NCBI GenBank assembly: GCA_051955175.1 | Contig: JBQCHA010000159.1 | Span: 10,791-74,790 of the forward strand | DNA: 64,000 bases | Reading direction: 5' to 3' | DNA from: Sphingomonas sp. | Lineage (GTDB): Bacteria; Pseudomonadota; Alphaproteobacteria; Sphingomonadales; Sphingomonadaceae | Shown here: positions 17,844 to 28,470 of the stretch, one piece after another | How the letters are laid out: each line of letters starts with the position of its first letter | How positions within the stretch are numbered: position 1 is the first letter of the stretch | The notes under the pieces: generated by a model | What the model was told of the DNA's origin: nothing | Seen by the model: only the letters and a program-made list of their open reading frames with translations | The model's database searches: none | Position numbers and translations under genes: made by a program

Positions 17844-20336
17844 ATGATGCGCAAGCGGACGATGATCGCGCTGTTGACGACGGCGTGTGCGGTAACGGCG
17901 GCGCACGCCGCGGATGATCGGGGACTGACCGTTACGCCGGCGCAGACGCTGGAGGAGCAGGGCCTGACGGTCGTCATCGACCAGAACCAGTTCAGCCCGA
18001 TCTTCTTCGACGAGAAGAACGGCGGCATCCAGATGATCCTGCACGGCCGCCGGATCGCCGCAGATGGCGACGTCCGGCTGAACCCGACCCCCGAACAGTG
18101 GAACCCGGTGCCCGCCTTCGTCGACCGCACGCTGGGATCGGCGCCCAATCAGGTGGTGGTCCATTCGGCCTACAAGGATGCCGGCCTGGACTATCACGTC
18201 AAGGTGACCGCCGAACCGGGCGGCTATCGCATCGCGGTCGATCTCGCGCAGCCGCTGCCGGCCAGCCTTGCCGGCAAGGCGGGGTTCAACATGGATTTCC
18301 TGCCGACCGCCTATTTCGGCAAGACCTATTACCTGGACGGCGCGCCGGGGCTGTTCCCGCGTGACGCGAACGGCGTGATGGCGACCGACGGATCGGGCGA
18401 TCCGCAGCCGCTGGCATCAGGGGGCAAATCGATCACGCTGTCGCCGGAGGACCCGGAAACGCGCGTCACCATCACCTCCGACGCAGGGCCGCTGGCGCTC
18501 TACGATGCCCGCAACCGGGCGCAGAACGGCTGGTTCGTGGTGCGCTCGCTGATCCGCCCCGGCGCGACTACCGATGCGGTGGTGTGGCACGTCCGTCCGC
18601 ACGTCATCAAGGATTGGGTGCGCCAGCCGGTCGTCTCCTATGACCAGGCGGGCTATACGCCCGATCGCAGCAAGGTGGCGGTGATCGAGCTCGATCCGCA
18701 CTTCACCGCGCCCGCCGAAGCGACGCTGGTCAAGCTGGGCGCCGACGGCACCGAGCAACCGGTGCTGACGCAGAAGATCAAGCCATGGGGCAAATGGCTG
18801 CGCTACGATTACGCGACGTTCGACTTCTCCGGCGTGCGCGATCCCGGGCTCTACGCCATCTCCTATGCCGGGCACACCACGCATCCGTTCCGCATCTCGC
18901 CCGATGCCTATGATCACATCTGGCAGACGTCGCTCGACACCTATCTCGCCGAGCAGATGGATCACATGCGCGTGCGCGAGCAATATCGCATCTGGCAGGG
19001 CACCTCCCACCTCGACGATGCGCGCCAGGCGCCGCCCAACATCGTCCATTTCGACGGCTATCACATGGGCCCGAACCTCGATTCGCCGTTCAAGGCGGGC
19101 GAGCACATTCCAGGGCTGAACGTCGGCGGCTGGCAGGACGCCGGCGATTACGACATCCAGACGCCGAGCAACGCGTTCGTGATCCGCGACCTCGTCTGGG
19201 GCCGCGAGCTGTTCGGGCTCAACTGGGACGAGACGACGATCGACGAGCCGGCACGCTACGTCCAGATCCGCAAGCCCGACGGGGTGCAGGATTCGCTGCA
19301 GCAGATCCGCCACGGCACGATGCAGCTGCTCGCGCAGTACAAGGCGTTCGGCCATGCCATCGTCGGCATCGTGTCGCCGACGCTGGAGCAATATACCCAT
19401 CTGGGCGACGCCGCGTCGCAGACCGACGGCAAGGTCTATGATCCGAAGCTCGGCAAGCTGGAGACCAGCGGGGATGCTTCGGGCAAGCCCGACGACCGGT
19501 GGGCGTTCACCACCGACCTGCCGGCCAACGACCTGGTCGTGGCGGGCGCGTTGGCCGGCGCCTCGCGCGTGCTCAACGACAGCGATCCGCAAATGGCCGC
19601 CGATGCGCTGCGCGTCGCCAAGGCGCTGTGGCAGGCGCAGCGTGCCAAGGTCGCCAGCGGTGGCGAGGCCGACGACGGCCGCGGCAGTCGCGAGATGCTG
19701 CCGGTCAGCGACGCCGCCGCGACGATCGAGCTGTTGATCACGACCAAGGGCGATCCGGTCTATCGCGACAGGCTGAAGCAGCTGTTGCCGGTGATCGCGC
19801 AGCATTTCGAGTGGATCGGCGGCGCCGCGGTGCGGGCGATCCCCTATATGGGCGCCGACTATCGCGCGCAGTTGATCCCGGCGGTCAAGGCGTTCAAGGC
19901 GAGGGTCGACGACGACATCGCCAAGAACCCGTTCGGCGTGCCGGTCGCGATGGGATCATGGGCGGGGTCCAACCAGGTCGCCACCTTCGGATCGAACATG
20001 TACCTGCTGCACAAGGCGTTTCCGGAGATCGTCGACACGCATTACACGCTCGACGCGCTGGATTACATGCTCGGGCGGCACCCGGCGAACAACCTGTCGC
20101 TGGTGTCGACGGTCGGCACCGATTCCAAGCTGATCGGCTATGGCCACAATCGCGCCGACTACAGCTTCGTCGCCGGCGGCATGACGCCGGGCGTGATCAT
20201 CATCAAGCCCGACTTCCCCGAGTTGAAGACGCAGTGGCCGTTCCTGTGGTTCGAGAACGAATATACCGTCAGCACCACGTCGTCCTACATCCTGGCGGCG
20301 AACGCGGCGATCGCCGCGACGTCGGAGAAGCAGTGA
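17844..20336 (+). CDS. Glycoside hydrolase family 9, secreted
   Basis: DQAGY..K.AV Ig-like start, GGWQDAGDY motif, ENEYT catalytic Glu region, signal peptide. Confidence 0.85.
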   Translation: MMRKRTMIALLTTACAVTAAHAADDRGLTVTPAQTLEEQGLTVVIDQNQFSPIFFDEKNGGIQMILHGRRIAADGDVRLNPTPEQWNPVPAFVDRTLGSAPNQVVVHSAYKDAGLDYHVKVTAEPGGYRIAVDLAQPLPASLAGKAGFNMDFLPTAYFGKTYYLDGAPGLFPRDANGVMATDGSGDPQPLASGGKSITLSPEDPETRVTITSDAGPLALYDARNRAQNGWFVVRSLIRPGATTDAVVWHVRPHVIKDWVRQPVVSYDQAGYTPDRSKVAVIELDPHFTAPAEATLVKLGADGTEQPVLTQKIKPWGKWLRYDYATFDFSGVRDPGLYAISYAGHTTHPFRISPDAYDHIWQTSLDTYLAEQMDHMRVREQYRIWQGTSHLDDARQAPPNIVHFDGYHMGPNLDSPFKAGEHIPGLNVGGWQDAGDYDIQTPSNAFVIRDLVWGRELFGLNWDETTIDEPARYVQIRKPDGVQDSLQQIRHGTMQLLAQYKAFGHAIVGIVSPTLEQYTHLGDAASQTDGKVYDPKLGKLETSGDASGKPDDRWAFTTDLPANDLVVAGALAGASRVLNDSDPQMAADALRVAKALWQAQRAKVASGGEADDGRGSREMLPVSDAAATIELLITTKGDPVYRDRLKQLLPVIAQHFEWIGGAAVRAIPYMGADYRAQLIPAVKAFKARVDDDIAKNPFGVPVAMGSWAGSNQVATFGSNMYLLHKAFPEIVDTHYTLDALDYMLGRHPANNLSLVSTVGTDSKLIGYGHNRADYSFVAGGMTPGVIIIKPDFPELKTQWPFLWFENEYTVSTTSSYILAANAAIAATSEKQ

Positions 20337-20385
20337 GCGGCCGATAGGACGGGACCGGCGTGCAGGCCCGGGCGATCGCCCGGCG

Positions 20386-22032
20386 TCAGCCCGCCGGCAC
20401 GGCCTCGCCGGCAAGCGGCAGGTCGGCGTCGGTAAGGCCGTATTTGGCCATCATCATCGCGACCACGCCGTTGGTCCAGCCGAAGCCGTCCTGCACGGCA
20501 TATTCGCCGCCCCCGCCGAGGCCGGGATGGTCGATGTCGTATTTCTCGATTACCCGGCCGGTGTGGCGGTAGACGGCATCGACCGTAGCGATCCAGCGCG
20601 TCGCGATCGTCTTGGCCAGCGCCTTTTCCCCGTAGCGGTCGAGGCCGGCGACCGCGACCCATTGCAGCGGCGCCCAGCCGTTGGGCGCATCCCATTGCTG
20701 ACCGGTGTTGGTGAGCGTCGTGCGGACGCCGCCGGGCGCGAGCAGCTTCGCCTCGGTCAGTCTGGCGACGGCCTGCGTCTGCTGCCGGCTCGCGAGGCCG
20801 ACGAACAGCGGATAGAGCGTCGCCGTCGACACGACCGACGTCGGCGCCCTGGTGGTGCGGTCCCAATCGGCGAAGCGGCCTTCGCCGGCGACCCAGAGAT
20901 ATTTGTCGATCGCCTGCCGCCGCCGTTCGGCGCGCTGCTTGAAGTCGGCGGCGCACGCCGTGTCGCCGGCATCGGCGCAACGCCGCGCGATCGACTGCTC
21001 CATCGCCCAGAGCAGGCTGTTGAGATCGGCCGGCACGATCTCCGTCGTGTCGATCGTCGCCAGCGTGCGGCCGTCCTTCAGGAAGCGCGAGCCGAAGTCC
21101 CAGCCGCTCTCGGCGCTCGCGCGGAGGTCACGATAGACTTGCGCGGCCGGTCGCGGCGCCGCGGCCCTGGCGGTGGCGATATCGGCGGCATAGGATTCGT
21201 CGCGCGGGCTTTCGCGCGCATCCCAATAGCGGTTGAGCAGGCTGCCGTCGGGCATGCGCACGACATGCTGGCAGGCGCCGGTCGCGTCGAGGCAGCTGCT
21301 GCCCGCCATCCAATATTCATATTCGGTGCGCAACGCCGCCAGCCGCCGCTTGGCGACCACGGGATCGCGGTTGGCCGACAGGTCGAGCATCAGCGCGTAG
21401 AACGGCGGCTGCGAGCGCGACAGGTAATAGCTGCGCGTGCCGTTGGGGATGTGGCCATAGCGCTCGATCAGCGAGGTGAAGTCGTCGAGCATCGATTCGA
21501 TCAGCGGGCGCTGACCGTCGACCTTCAGCCCGAGCATCGTGAAATAGGTGTCCCAGTAGTAGATCTCCTGGAACCGGCCGCCGGGCACGACATAGGCCTC
21601 GGGCAGCTGGATGGCCGAGGATCCGGGGGTGACGGCCAGCGGCGCACGGGCGAGCACCGGCCACAGCGCGCGGATATGCGCGTGGAGCCCGATATTCTTC
21701 GGCGGCGGCGCATCCTGCGCGACGAAATAGCGCGCGACAAACGCGGCGAGCGCTGGCTTCCCGCTCGGCTGCTGCGTGCGATAGGCGGCCATGATCGCGT
21801 CGGGCGACTGGCGCGGGACCATGTCGGCGAAGGTCTTGTTGTCGGGGAAGACATGCGCGAGCTCGACCGCGCGATAGAGCGGACCGAACACGTCTTCCGG
21901 CGTCTGCGCGTGCGCGGAAACCTGCAGCACGCGCTCGGCGGTGGTTTGCGGTGACTGCGCGAGCGACGGGGCCAGCGGCGTGAGCAATGCGGCGAGCGCG
22001 AAGATCGAGGCATTGCGCGCAATCGGGGTCAT
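20386..22032 (-). CDS. treA: Periplasmic alpha,alpha-trehalase (GH37)
   Basis: PGGRFQEIYYWDTY, NGTRSYYLSRSQPP, AESGWDF, QWDAPNGWAPLQW, GFGWTNG; signal peptide. Confidence 0.95.
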   Translation of the reverse strand: MTPIARNASIFALAALLTPLAPSLAQSPQTTAERVLQVSAHAQTPEDVFGPLYRAVELAHVFPDNKTFADMVPRQSPDAIMAAYRTQQPSGKPALAAFVARYFVAQDAPPPKNIGLHAHIRALWPVLARAPLAVTPGSSAIQLPEAYVVPGGRFQEIYYWDTYFTMLGLKVDGQRPLIESMLDDFTSLIERYGHIPNGTRSYYLSRSQPPFYALMLDLSANRDPVVAKRRLAALRTEYEYWMAGSSCLDATGACQHVVRMPDGSLLNRYWDARESPRDESYAADIATARAAAPRPAAQVYRDLRASAESGWDFGSRFLKDGRTLATIDTTEIVPADLNSLLWAMEQSIARRCADAGDTACAADFKQRAERRRQAIDKYLWVAGEGRFADWDRTTRAPTSVVSTATLYPLFVGLASRQQTQAVARLTEAKLLAPGGVRTTLTNTGQQWDAPNGWAPLQWVAVAGLDRYGEKALAKTIATRWIATVDAVYRHTGRVIEKYDIDHPGLGGGGEYAVQDGFGWTNGVVAMMMAKYGLTDADLPLAGEAVPAG

Positions 22033-22059
22033 CGTGTCCTTGCCCTCTCGTCGGGAAAC

Positions 22060-22095
22060 AAAAAGCCGGCCGGGGCGGTCGTCGCGCCCCGGCCG
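22060..22095 (-). terminator. Intrinsic terminator between TBDR and treA
   Basis: 11-bp stem CGGCCGGGGCG/CGCCCCGGCCG followed by a T5 tract on the minus strand. Confidence 0.6.
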
Positions 22096-22106
22096 ATAGG
22101 GAGGTA

Positions 22107-24575
22107 TCAGAATTTCACCGCGGCGGTGATCGTCGCGTGCCGCCCGAAGATCGGCCGGCCGAGGAAATAGCCGTTGGTGTTGGCCGAACCCACCGTGCGG
22201 ATGTTGCCCTCGGTCAGCGCCAGCGTGTTGGTGACATTCTCCACATTGGCCTGGATGGTGAAGCTGGGGTTGATGTCGATCGCCGCCCCCACGTCGAGCG
22301 TGTCGTAGCTGCCCAGCTTCTGCTGGTTCTCGCGATCGGCATAGCGATCGCCGACATGGGTGTAGGTGGCGAACACCCGCGCCTGGCCCCAGCTTGTATC
22401 GAACGTATAGGACGGCGTCACCGCCGCCAGGAACCGCGGCTGGCGATTGACGTCGTTCCCCGTGTTGGTGCCGAAATCCTTGAACTTGCCGTCCTGGATC
22501 ACGCCATGCGCGGCAAGCTCGAACCCGCGGATCGGCCGCACCGCACCGTCGAACTCCAGGCCGTAGGCGCGCGAGCCGCCGAACGCGGTGACGTTCTGCT
22601 CCACGCCGTTGATCACCTGGATGTCCTGGAAGAACAGGTTGTGGAAGCGGTTGTAGAAGCCGGTCAGGTAGAGATCGTAGAGACCGGTCGAGGTCTTCAG
22701 GCCGACCTCATATTGCTTCACCTTCTGCGGCTTGATGTCCTGCAACGACGAGAGGTTGCCGCGCAGATCGTCGAACTGCGGCAGCAACGCACCGCTGTTG
22801 GCGCGGACGAAGACGTTGAAATTCGGCGTGAAGGCGTAGAGCGCGCCCGCCGTCCACGACACCTGCGTCTTGTGGTAGCTGGCAGTGGTGTAGGTGCCGT
22901 TCAGATAGGTCGCGTTGTTGTTGTACGCGGTGAGCGGATTGCCATCGAGGTCGCCGGTCGAGCTGTTCTCGAACACGGTATGCAGCCTGACCCGCTCGAC
23001 CCGGACGCCGCCGTCGATGCGGAAGGCGCCGAGCTTCCATTCGTCGGTGACGTAGCCGGCGACATGGTTGCTGCGGTAACGCGCGTTGACGTCATAGCTG
23101 TTGCCGCTGGTGAAACCGTCGCGCGTCAGGATCGTGCCGTTGGCGAGCGTGGCATTGAGCACGCGCGCCTGCGGCTCGAGCGCCAGCAGGATATTGTTGC
23201 CGAGGTTCCAGCGGTCGTGGTCGCGGACGTTGGAATAATAGCCGCCCAGCGTCAGCGTGTTGCCGGCGAAGATCTCCTTCGACAGTTTCAGTTCGTCGGT
23301 GAAGCTGCGGATGTGCTTGCGGACCGCCCAGATGCCGCCCTGGATGGTCATCTGGTCCGGCGCCAGCGCCGCCCCGCTGTCGGCATAAGTGACGGTGCCC
23401 GGCCGGCCGTTCAGATATTGGGATACGGTCTGCGGATTGTCGCCAGTGAACAGCGCGAAGGTGTTGGCGTCACCATCCGAGAAGTTCATGTTGTTCTGCA
23501 CCTGGAAGGCGCCGAAATCGTAGTTGAAGGTGCTGCCGAACGTGTAGATCTTGGCGCCGCGCCCCTTCGACAGGTCGACGTCGGTCTTCTGCGTCGGCCC
23601 GCCGTTGATGCTGGGGCCGACCTCGATCTGCGTATGCTCGATCTCGCGGCCGACCAACGTGTCCGTCCGCGCGTCGAAGCCGTCGAACGTGTGGAACTTG
23701 CCCTTGGCGTCCTCGATCAGCGGCATCGGGGTGTAGAAGGCGTTCTTGTCGTCGAGATAGCGGCCGTAGACGCTGACTTCCCCATCGGCGAACTTGTGCG
23801 TCAGGTTGGCGGTGATCTGACCGCCGAGATCGCCGGTGAAGCCGGTGTGGCTCAGCCCCTTGCTGTAGCGATAAAAGCCGCCGACCATGTAGGTGGTGCT
23901 GTCGTCAATCGGGCCCTGGGCGACGAAATCGCCGCGGTACTGCCCCTCGGTGCCGTAGGTCGCGCGCAGGCTGAGATGCGGGGTCTGTGTGCCCTGCTTC
24001 AGGATGAAATTGACCGTCGCGCCGGGCTGGCCGTTGGAGAAGATCGGGCTGGGGCCGCCGCGCAGCACCTCGACCCGCTGGATCGTGTCGTCGAGCCGGA
24101 AGACCGAGCTGTCTTCGAGGAACGACAGCGACGACGGCGCGATGATTGGTGAGCCGTTCATCTCGACGGTGAGGAACGGCGCGTCTCCGGTCGACGGGAA
24201 GCCGCGGATGAACACGTTGGCGCCGGTCTGGCCGCCCGAGCTTTCGGTCCACACGCCGGGCACGATCTTGAGCAGGTCGGCGGTCGAAGTCGGCGCCGCC
24301 TCGCGGATCTGCTCGAGATTGGCCGAGGTGATCGAATAGCTCGCGTCCAATTTCCGGATGCCGGCGCGGTCGGCGGTGCCGGTGACGACGATGTCGGGCG
24401 AGCTCGGCTGGTCGGCCGACGCGGCGTCGGGCGCGGGGCCGGTCTGCTGTTGCGTGGCGGCGGGAGCGGGCGTCGGCGCGGCTGTATCGTCCTGCGCGAA
24501 GGCCGGCGCGGCGAGCGCGCTGCCCGACAGCAGCGCGATCAGCGCGGCGGCGGTTCTCGAACGGGTCATCATCAA
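22107..24575 (-). CDS. TonB-dependent receptor, probably sugar (trehalose/alpha-glucoside) uptake
   Basis: Signal peptide, DIVVTG TonB box, VEVLRGG, C-terminal Phe; directly upstream of treA. Confidence 0.9.
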   Translation of the reverse strand: MMMTRSRTAAALIALLSGSALAAPAFAQDDTAAPTPAPAATQQQTGPAPDAASADQPSSPDIVVTGTADRAGIRKLDASYSITSANLEQIREAAPTSTADLLKIVPGVWTESSGGQTGANVFIRGFPSTGDAPFLTVEMNGSPIIAPSSLSFLEDSSVFRLDDTIQRVEVLRGGPSPIFSNGQPGATVNFILKQGTQTPHLSLRATYGTEGQYRGDFVAQGPIDDSTTYMVGGFYRYSKGLSHTGFTGDLGGQITANLTHKFADGEVSVYGRYLDDKNAFYTPMPLIEDAKGKFHTFDGFDARTDTLVGREIEHTQIEVGPSINGGPTQKTDVDLSKGRGAKIYTFGSTFNYDFGAFQVQNNMNFSDGDANTFALFTGDNPQTVSQYLNGRPGTVTYADSGAALAPDQMTIQGGIWAVRKHIRSFTDELKLSKEIFAGNTLTLGGYYSNVRDHDRWNLGNNILLALEPQARVLNATLANGTILTRDGFTSGNSYDVNARYRSNHVAGYVTDEWKLGAFRIDGGVRVERVRLHTVFENSSTGDLDGNPLTAYNNNATYLNGTYTTASYHKTQVSWTAGALYAFTPNFNVFVRANSGALLPQFDDLRGNLSSLQDIKPQKVKQYEVGLKTSTGLYDLYLTGFYNRFHNLFFQDIQVINGVEQNVTAFGGSRAYGLEFDGAVRPIRGFELAAHGVIQDGKFKDFGTNTGNDVNRQPRFLAAVTPSYTFDTSWGQARVFATYTHVGDRYADRENQQKLGSYDTLDVGAAIDINPSFTIQANVENVTNTLALTEGNIRTVGSANTNGYFLGRPIFGRHATITAAVKF

Positions 24576-24716
24576 TTCCTTCCTGTGGTCTGTTGTCGTT
24601 GTTAGAGCGCGCGCCGCCGTGCGGCGAAGCGCAGCCTCGCCGGTCGAGCGGTCAGCGGTGCCGGGCGGCGCCGGTCAGGGTGGGCTGCGTGGCGAGGCCT
24701 GGTGAAAGGTCATCGT

Positions 24717-27383
24717 CTAAAATCCGTAGCTTGCGCTGATCTGCACCGACCGGCCCAGGATGGGGCGGCCGAAGATCGCGCCATCGCGCTGGGCGCCGAG
24801 CGTGCGCGGATTACCCTCAGTCAGGCCGATCGTGTCGGTCAGATTGGTGGCATTCGCCTGCAATCGCAGCCGCGAGGTGAGCTCGATCGAGGCTGCAGCG
24901 TCAAGCGTGTAAAAATGCGGCAGGACCTGTTGGTTCTGCACGTCGGAAAAGCGCGCGCCCATGTACGCCAGCGTCAGCGAGGCGCGCGCCCTGCGGCCGG
25001 CGATGCTGGTTTCATAGGCGGGGGTCAGCCGCCATTGCCATTCCGGCTGGCGCTGGACGCGGTTGCCGGAGAGATCGGTCGCGCCGCCATCGGTGAAGAA
25101 GCCGTGATAGCGCGCGTCGAGCCAGCTGCCCGAGAAGCGCACCGACAGATGGGCGGCAGGCCGCGCCTCCCCCTCCAGCTCGACGCCCGTCGCCCGCGCG
25201 CCGCCGATCGAGGCGAGCGGTGCGCCATTGGTGATGACGGTGGTGGCGAGGCCGTGGAAGCGGTTGTGGAACAGCGTCGCGTAGAGGCTGATCGGCCGGC
25301 TGCCGAGCTTCACGCCGCCTTCATAGGTGTCGATCCGGGGTGCCACGTCGAAGCCGTCGCGCAGGTTGTCGAAGAACGGGAAGCTGTGGCCGCGGCTGTA
25401 GCGGGCGAACACCGAGAGGCGGCTGGTGAGATCGCGATTGGCGCCCAGCGTCCAGGACCAGGCGTGATGGCGATAACGGAGGCGCGACCAGCTGTCGGTC
25501 AGCACGACGTCGCCATTGTCGTAGAGCGTCGCCGGATTGCCGTCGAGGCCATCGGGGCCTGCCGGCGCGCTGCCCTCGACCTCACCGTCGGCGCGATGGT
25601 CCTGATAGCGCAGGCCGCCATCGAGGCGCAGCGTATCGGTGACCTGCCACTCGTCGACGGCATAGAGCGCGGTGTCGCGGCCGACATAATCGGCGTCCAC
25701 GCGGAAGCTGGCGCCGCTGGTGAAACCGTCGCGCGTCACCACACGACCGTCGGCGAGCGTCATGTCGAGCCGGTGGGCGTGCGGGCTGGCGGTCAGCAGC
25801 AGGTCGTTGCCGGTGTCCCAATGGTCGCGCGACGAATAGCGCGTGGTGTAGAGGCCGACGGTCGCCTTGTGGCGGCCGGTTTTCCATTCCAGCGTCGCAT
25901 CGTTGACGTACGCGGCGATGCGCTTGCGCACCTTCCACACGCCCGCTTCGACCACCGGCTGGTCGGGCGAGACCGGCGTGCCGTCCGCCGCCTGCGTCAG
26001 CGAAGCGATCGTGCCGCCGAGCCCGGCGGCATAGGCGGCGGCGGTCTGCGGCGGCACGTCGCTGGAGACGAGCCCGGTGGTATCGGCATGGCCGCCGAGC
26101 CAGCTGAGCTTGTCGCGCACGGTGAGGCGGTCGGCGACGTGCAGTTCCAGATTGCCGCCGACATTGCCGATCCGCGCGCCGCGCCCGTCGTCGAGATCGT
26201 AGCGGTCGCCATCGTCGAGCGTGCCGCGCCGCGTGTCGGGCCCGGCTAGCGTGCCGGTGCCCGGATCGAAGCCCGGATAGGCGCCGATATGGCTGCCGTG
26301 CTGCTCGACCGGGATTGGCAGCAGCCACTGGCTGCGATCGTGGAGATAGCGGCCGAAGACGAACAGCGAGCCGTCGGCGAAATCGTGGCGCAGGTTGGCG
26401 GTAACCTGCCCGCCGCGATCGGCGGCATAGCCCGGCGAGCGGATGCCGTGCCCACGCGAGTAATAGCCGCCGACCAGGAACTGCGTGTCGGGCCCCAGCG
26501 GGCCGGAAACATAGCCGTCGCCGCGCACCTCCCCGTCGTCGATCACGGTTGCCTTGGCGAGGGCCTGCAAGGTGCGCCCGCCCTCGCGCTGGACGAGGTT
26601 GATGGTGACGCCCGGCTGCCCCGAGGCGAACAACGATCCGGTGCCGCCGCGCACCGCCTCGACCTGCGCCACCGTCTCGTCGAGACGATAAAGCTGCGAG
26701 TTTTCCAGGAACGACAGCGTCGCCGGCGGGAAGAACGGCACGCCGTCGGTCTGGAACGTGACATATTCGGCGTCGCCGCCCGAGGGATAGCCGCGCACGA
26801 AGATGTTGGCGCCGTTCTTGCCGCCCGACGTCTCGACGGTCAGCCCCGGCACCAGCTTCAGCACGTCGGCGGTGCTCGCCGGCGCCAGCCGCTCGATACG
26901 GTCGGCGTTGATGGTGGTGACGGCGAACGCCGCCTCCTGGCGCAGGCTGCCGCCGCCCGCGGTGCCGACCACGACGATGTCGGGCGGCGGCGGCGCGGGC
27001 TGCAGCGACGGCGCGGGCGCCGGTGACGGGGCAGCGGGCTCAGCCACGCGGTCCTCGACCAGCAGATAGGCCCCGCCCGGCGCCCGACGCGGGTGAAAGC
27101 CGGTGCCCGCCAACAACTGGCGCAGCGCCGCATCCGGATCGACGCGGCCATGCACTGCGGTGGCGCGGCGGCCGCGCACGTCGATCGGCGAGAACAGCAA
27201 TTGTCGTTTGCTCTGGCGCGCGAACAGCGCCAGCGCCTCGGCCAGCGAGGTCGACGGAATGTCGAACCGCACCGCCGGCGCTGCACGCACCGGCGTTGCC
27301 GCCGCCAGGGCAACCAGTACCAGGAAGCGCCATCCGCGCTGATACCGCCATGCCCCCTCCCGTCTCCTGCCATGCATCGTCAT
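24717..27383 (-). CDS. TonB-dependent transducer with N-terminal STN signalling domain (start uncertain, 27383 or 27377)
   Basis: FDIPSTSLAEALALFARQS...LRQLLAGTG STN pattern, DIVVVG, VEAVRGG, C-terminal Phe; follows fecR. Confidence 0.88.
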   Translation of the reverse strand: MTMHGRRREGAWRYQRGWRFLVLVALAAATPVRAAPAVRFDIPSTSLAEALALFARQSKRQLLFSPIDVRGRRATAVHGRVDPDAALRQLLAGTGFHPRRAPGGAYLLVEDRVAEPAAPSPAPAPSLQPAPPPPDIVVVGTAGGGSLRQEAAFAVTTINADRIERLAPASTADVLKLVPGLTVETSGGKNGANIFVRGYPSGGDAEYVTFQTDGVPFFPPATLSFLENSQLYRLDETVAQVEAVRGGTGSLFASGQPGVTINLVQREGGRTLQALAKATVIDDGEVRGDGYVSGPLGPDTQFLVGGYYSRGHGIRSPGYAADRGGQVTANLRHDFADGSLFVFGRYLHDRSQWLLPIPVEQHGSHIGAYPGFDPGTGTLAGPDTRRGTLDDGDRYDLDDGRGARIGNVGGNLELHVADRLTVRDKLSWLGGHADTTGLVSSDVPPQTAAAYAAGLGGTIASLTQAADGTPVSPDQPVVEAGVWKVRKRIAAYVNDATLEWKTGRHKATVGLYTTRYSSRDHWDTGNDLLLTASPHAHRLDMTLADGRVVTRDGFTSGASFRVDADYVGRDTALYAVDEWQVTDTLRLDGGLRYQDHRADGEVEGSAPAGPDGLDGNPATLYDNGDVVLTDSWSRLRYRHHAWSWTLGANRDLTSRLSVFARYSRGHSFPFFDNLRDGFDVAPRIDTYEGGVKLGSRPISLYATLFHNRFHGLATTVITNGAPLASIGGARATGVELEGEARPAAHLSVRFSGSWLDARYHGFFTDGGATDLSGNRVQRQPEWQWRLTPAYETSIAGRRARASLTLAYMGARFSDVQNQQVLPHFYTLDAAASIELTSRLRLQANATNLTDTIGLTEGNPRTLGAQRDGAIFGRPILGRSVQISASYGF

Positions 27384-27465
27384 CCGCGATGCTTCCGACA
27401 GGACAAGACGCAGGCCGTCCGGCAATCCGAACCCGGCGGGCGAAATTTTTTCCGGCGGCGCGGCG

Positions 27466-28470
27466 TCATCGTGCGGCGATGACGGTGCCCGCCTTGTCAT
27501 CCTGCTTGACGCTGACCGGGAAGCCCGACGTCAGGGCATCGACGAACGCGGGGCTTTCGGTCGGTTCGAACGCGCCGCTGATCCGCATGTCGGCGACGCG
27601 GCCATCGGCGATGCGAATCGGCCGGCGACGATAGCGATTGAGTTCCTGCGCGGCGGCCATGACGGGCACGTTGTCGAACTGCAGCAGGCCGCTATGCCAG
27701 CCGGTGAAGGTCAGCGGATCGGCGAGCTTCCTGATCGACACCTCGCCGCCCTGCACCGCCAGCAGCCGCCCCGCCGGCGCCGCGATGCCGCCACCCTGCG
27801 CCGAGCGGCCATCGAGATTCAGCGTGCCGGCAACGGCATAGGCGCGCACCAGCCCGCGATCGGCACGGACATCGAACGTGCCGCTGTCGGCGCGCATCTC
27901 CATGCCGTTGGCGGCGATGACGAAGGGCGTCGCCGAGGGCTTGAGATCGAACCACGCCTGCCCCTCCAGCCGCACCCGGCGCTGGCTGCCGCTGAACAGC
28001 ACCTGTAGCCCGCTTGCCGTGTCCAGCGTCACGCGCGAGCCGTCGGGCAGCGTTACGTCGGCGCGCTGACCGATGCCGGTGCGGAACGTCTCGCCGACCG
28101 GCCGCTCGACCGACGGCGGCACCAGCGCCTTGATTCCCAGCGCGGCGAGCGGCGCGCCGACGCACAGCAACATGCCTGCGGCGATCGTGCGGCCGCCGAC
28201 GCGAAAGCGCGTGCGGCGCGCGAGCGTGGCGCGAGCCAGCGTCTGGTGGCGCAACGCCAGCAAGGCCGGTTCATCGGCCAGTGCCACGACGGTATCGTGC
28301 GCGGCGCTGACCTGCCGATAGGCGGCGGCGTGGCGATCGTCGCGATCGCGCCACGCCTCGAACGCAGGCTTGTCGCCCGGCGCATCGCGCAGGCGATCGT
28401 ACCAGCGGGCCGCTTCGGCAAGGATCGCGGGATCAGAAATCGCGCCAGCCCTCCAGCGCGGCGGCGACAT
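27466..28470 (-). CDS. FecR-family anti-sigma / sensor
   Basis: EAARW...FEAW...HAAAY, one TM helix, TLPDGSRVTLDT, W.SGLLQFDN, ELNRY. Confidence 0.9.
   Translation of the reverse strand: MSPPRWRAGAISDPAILAEAARWYDRLRDAPGDKPAFEAWRDRDDRHAAAYRQVSAAHDTVVALADEPALLALRHQTLARATLARRTRFRVGGRTIAAGMLLCVGAPLAALGIKALVPPSVERPVGETFRTGIGQRADVTLPDGSRVTLDTASGLQVLFSGSQRRVRLEGQAWFDLKPSATPFVIAANGMEMRADSGTFDVRADRGLVRAYAVAGTLNLDGRSAQGGGIAAPAGRLLAVQGGEVSIRKLADPLTFTGWHSGLLQFDNVPVMAAAQELNRYRRRPIRIADGRVADMRISGAFEPTESPAFVDALTSGFPVSVKQDDKAGTVIAAR

Noticed and set aside
27040-27351. ATG with strong GGAGGGGG RBS at 27351 as a separate gene or sign of a frameshifted TBDR
   Set aside because: The product is nondescript and the TBDR frame is open with its own signal peptide; only the start site remains uncertain
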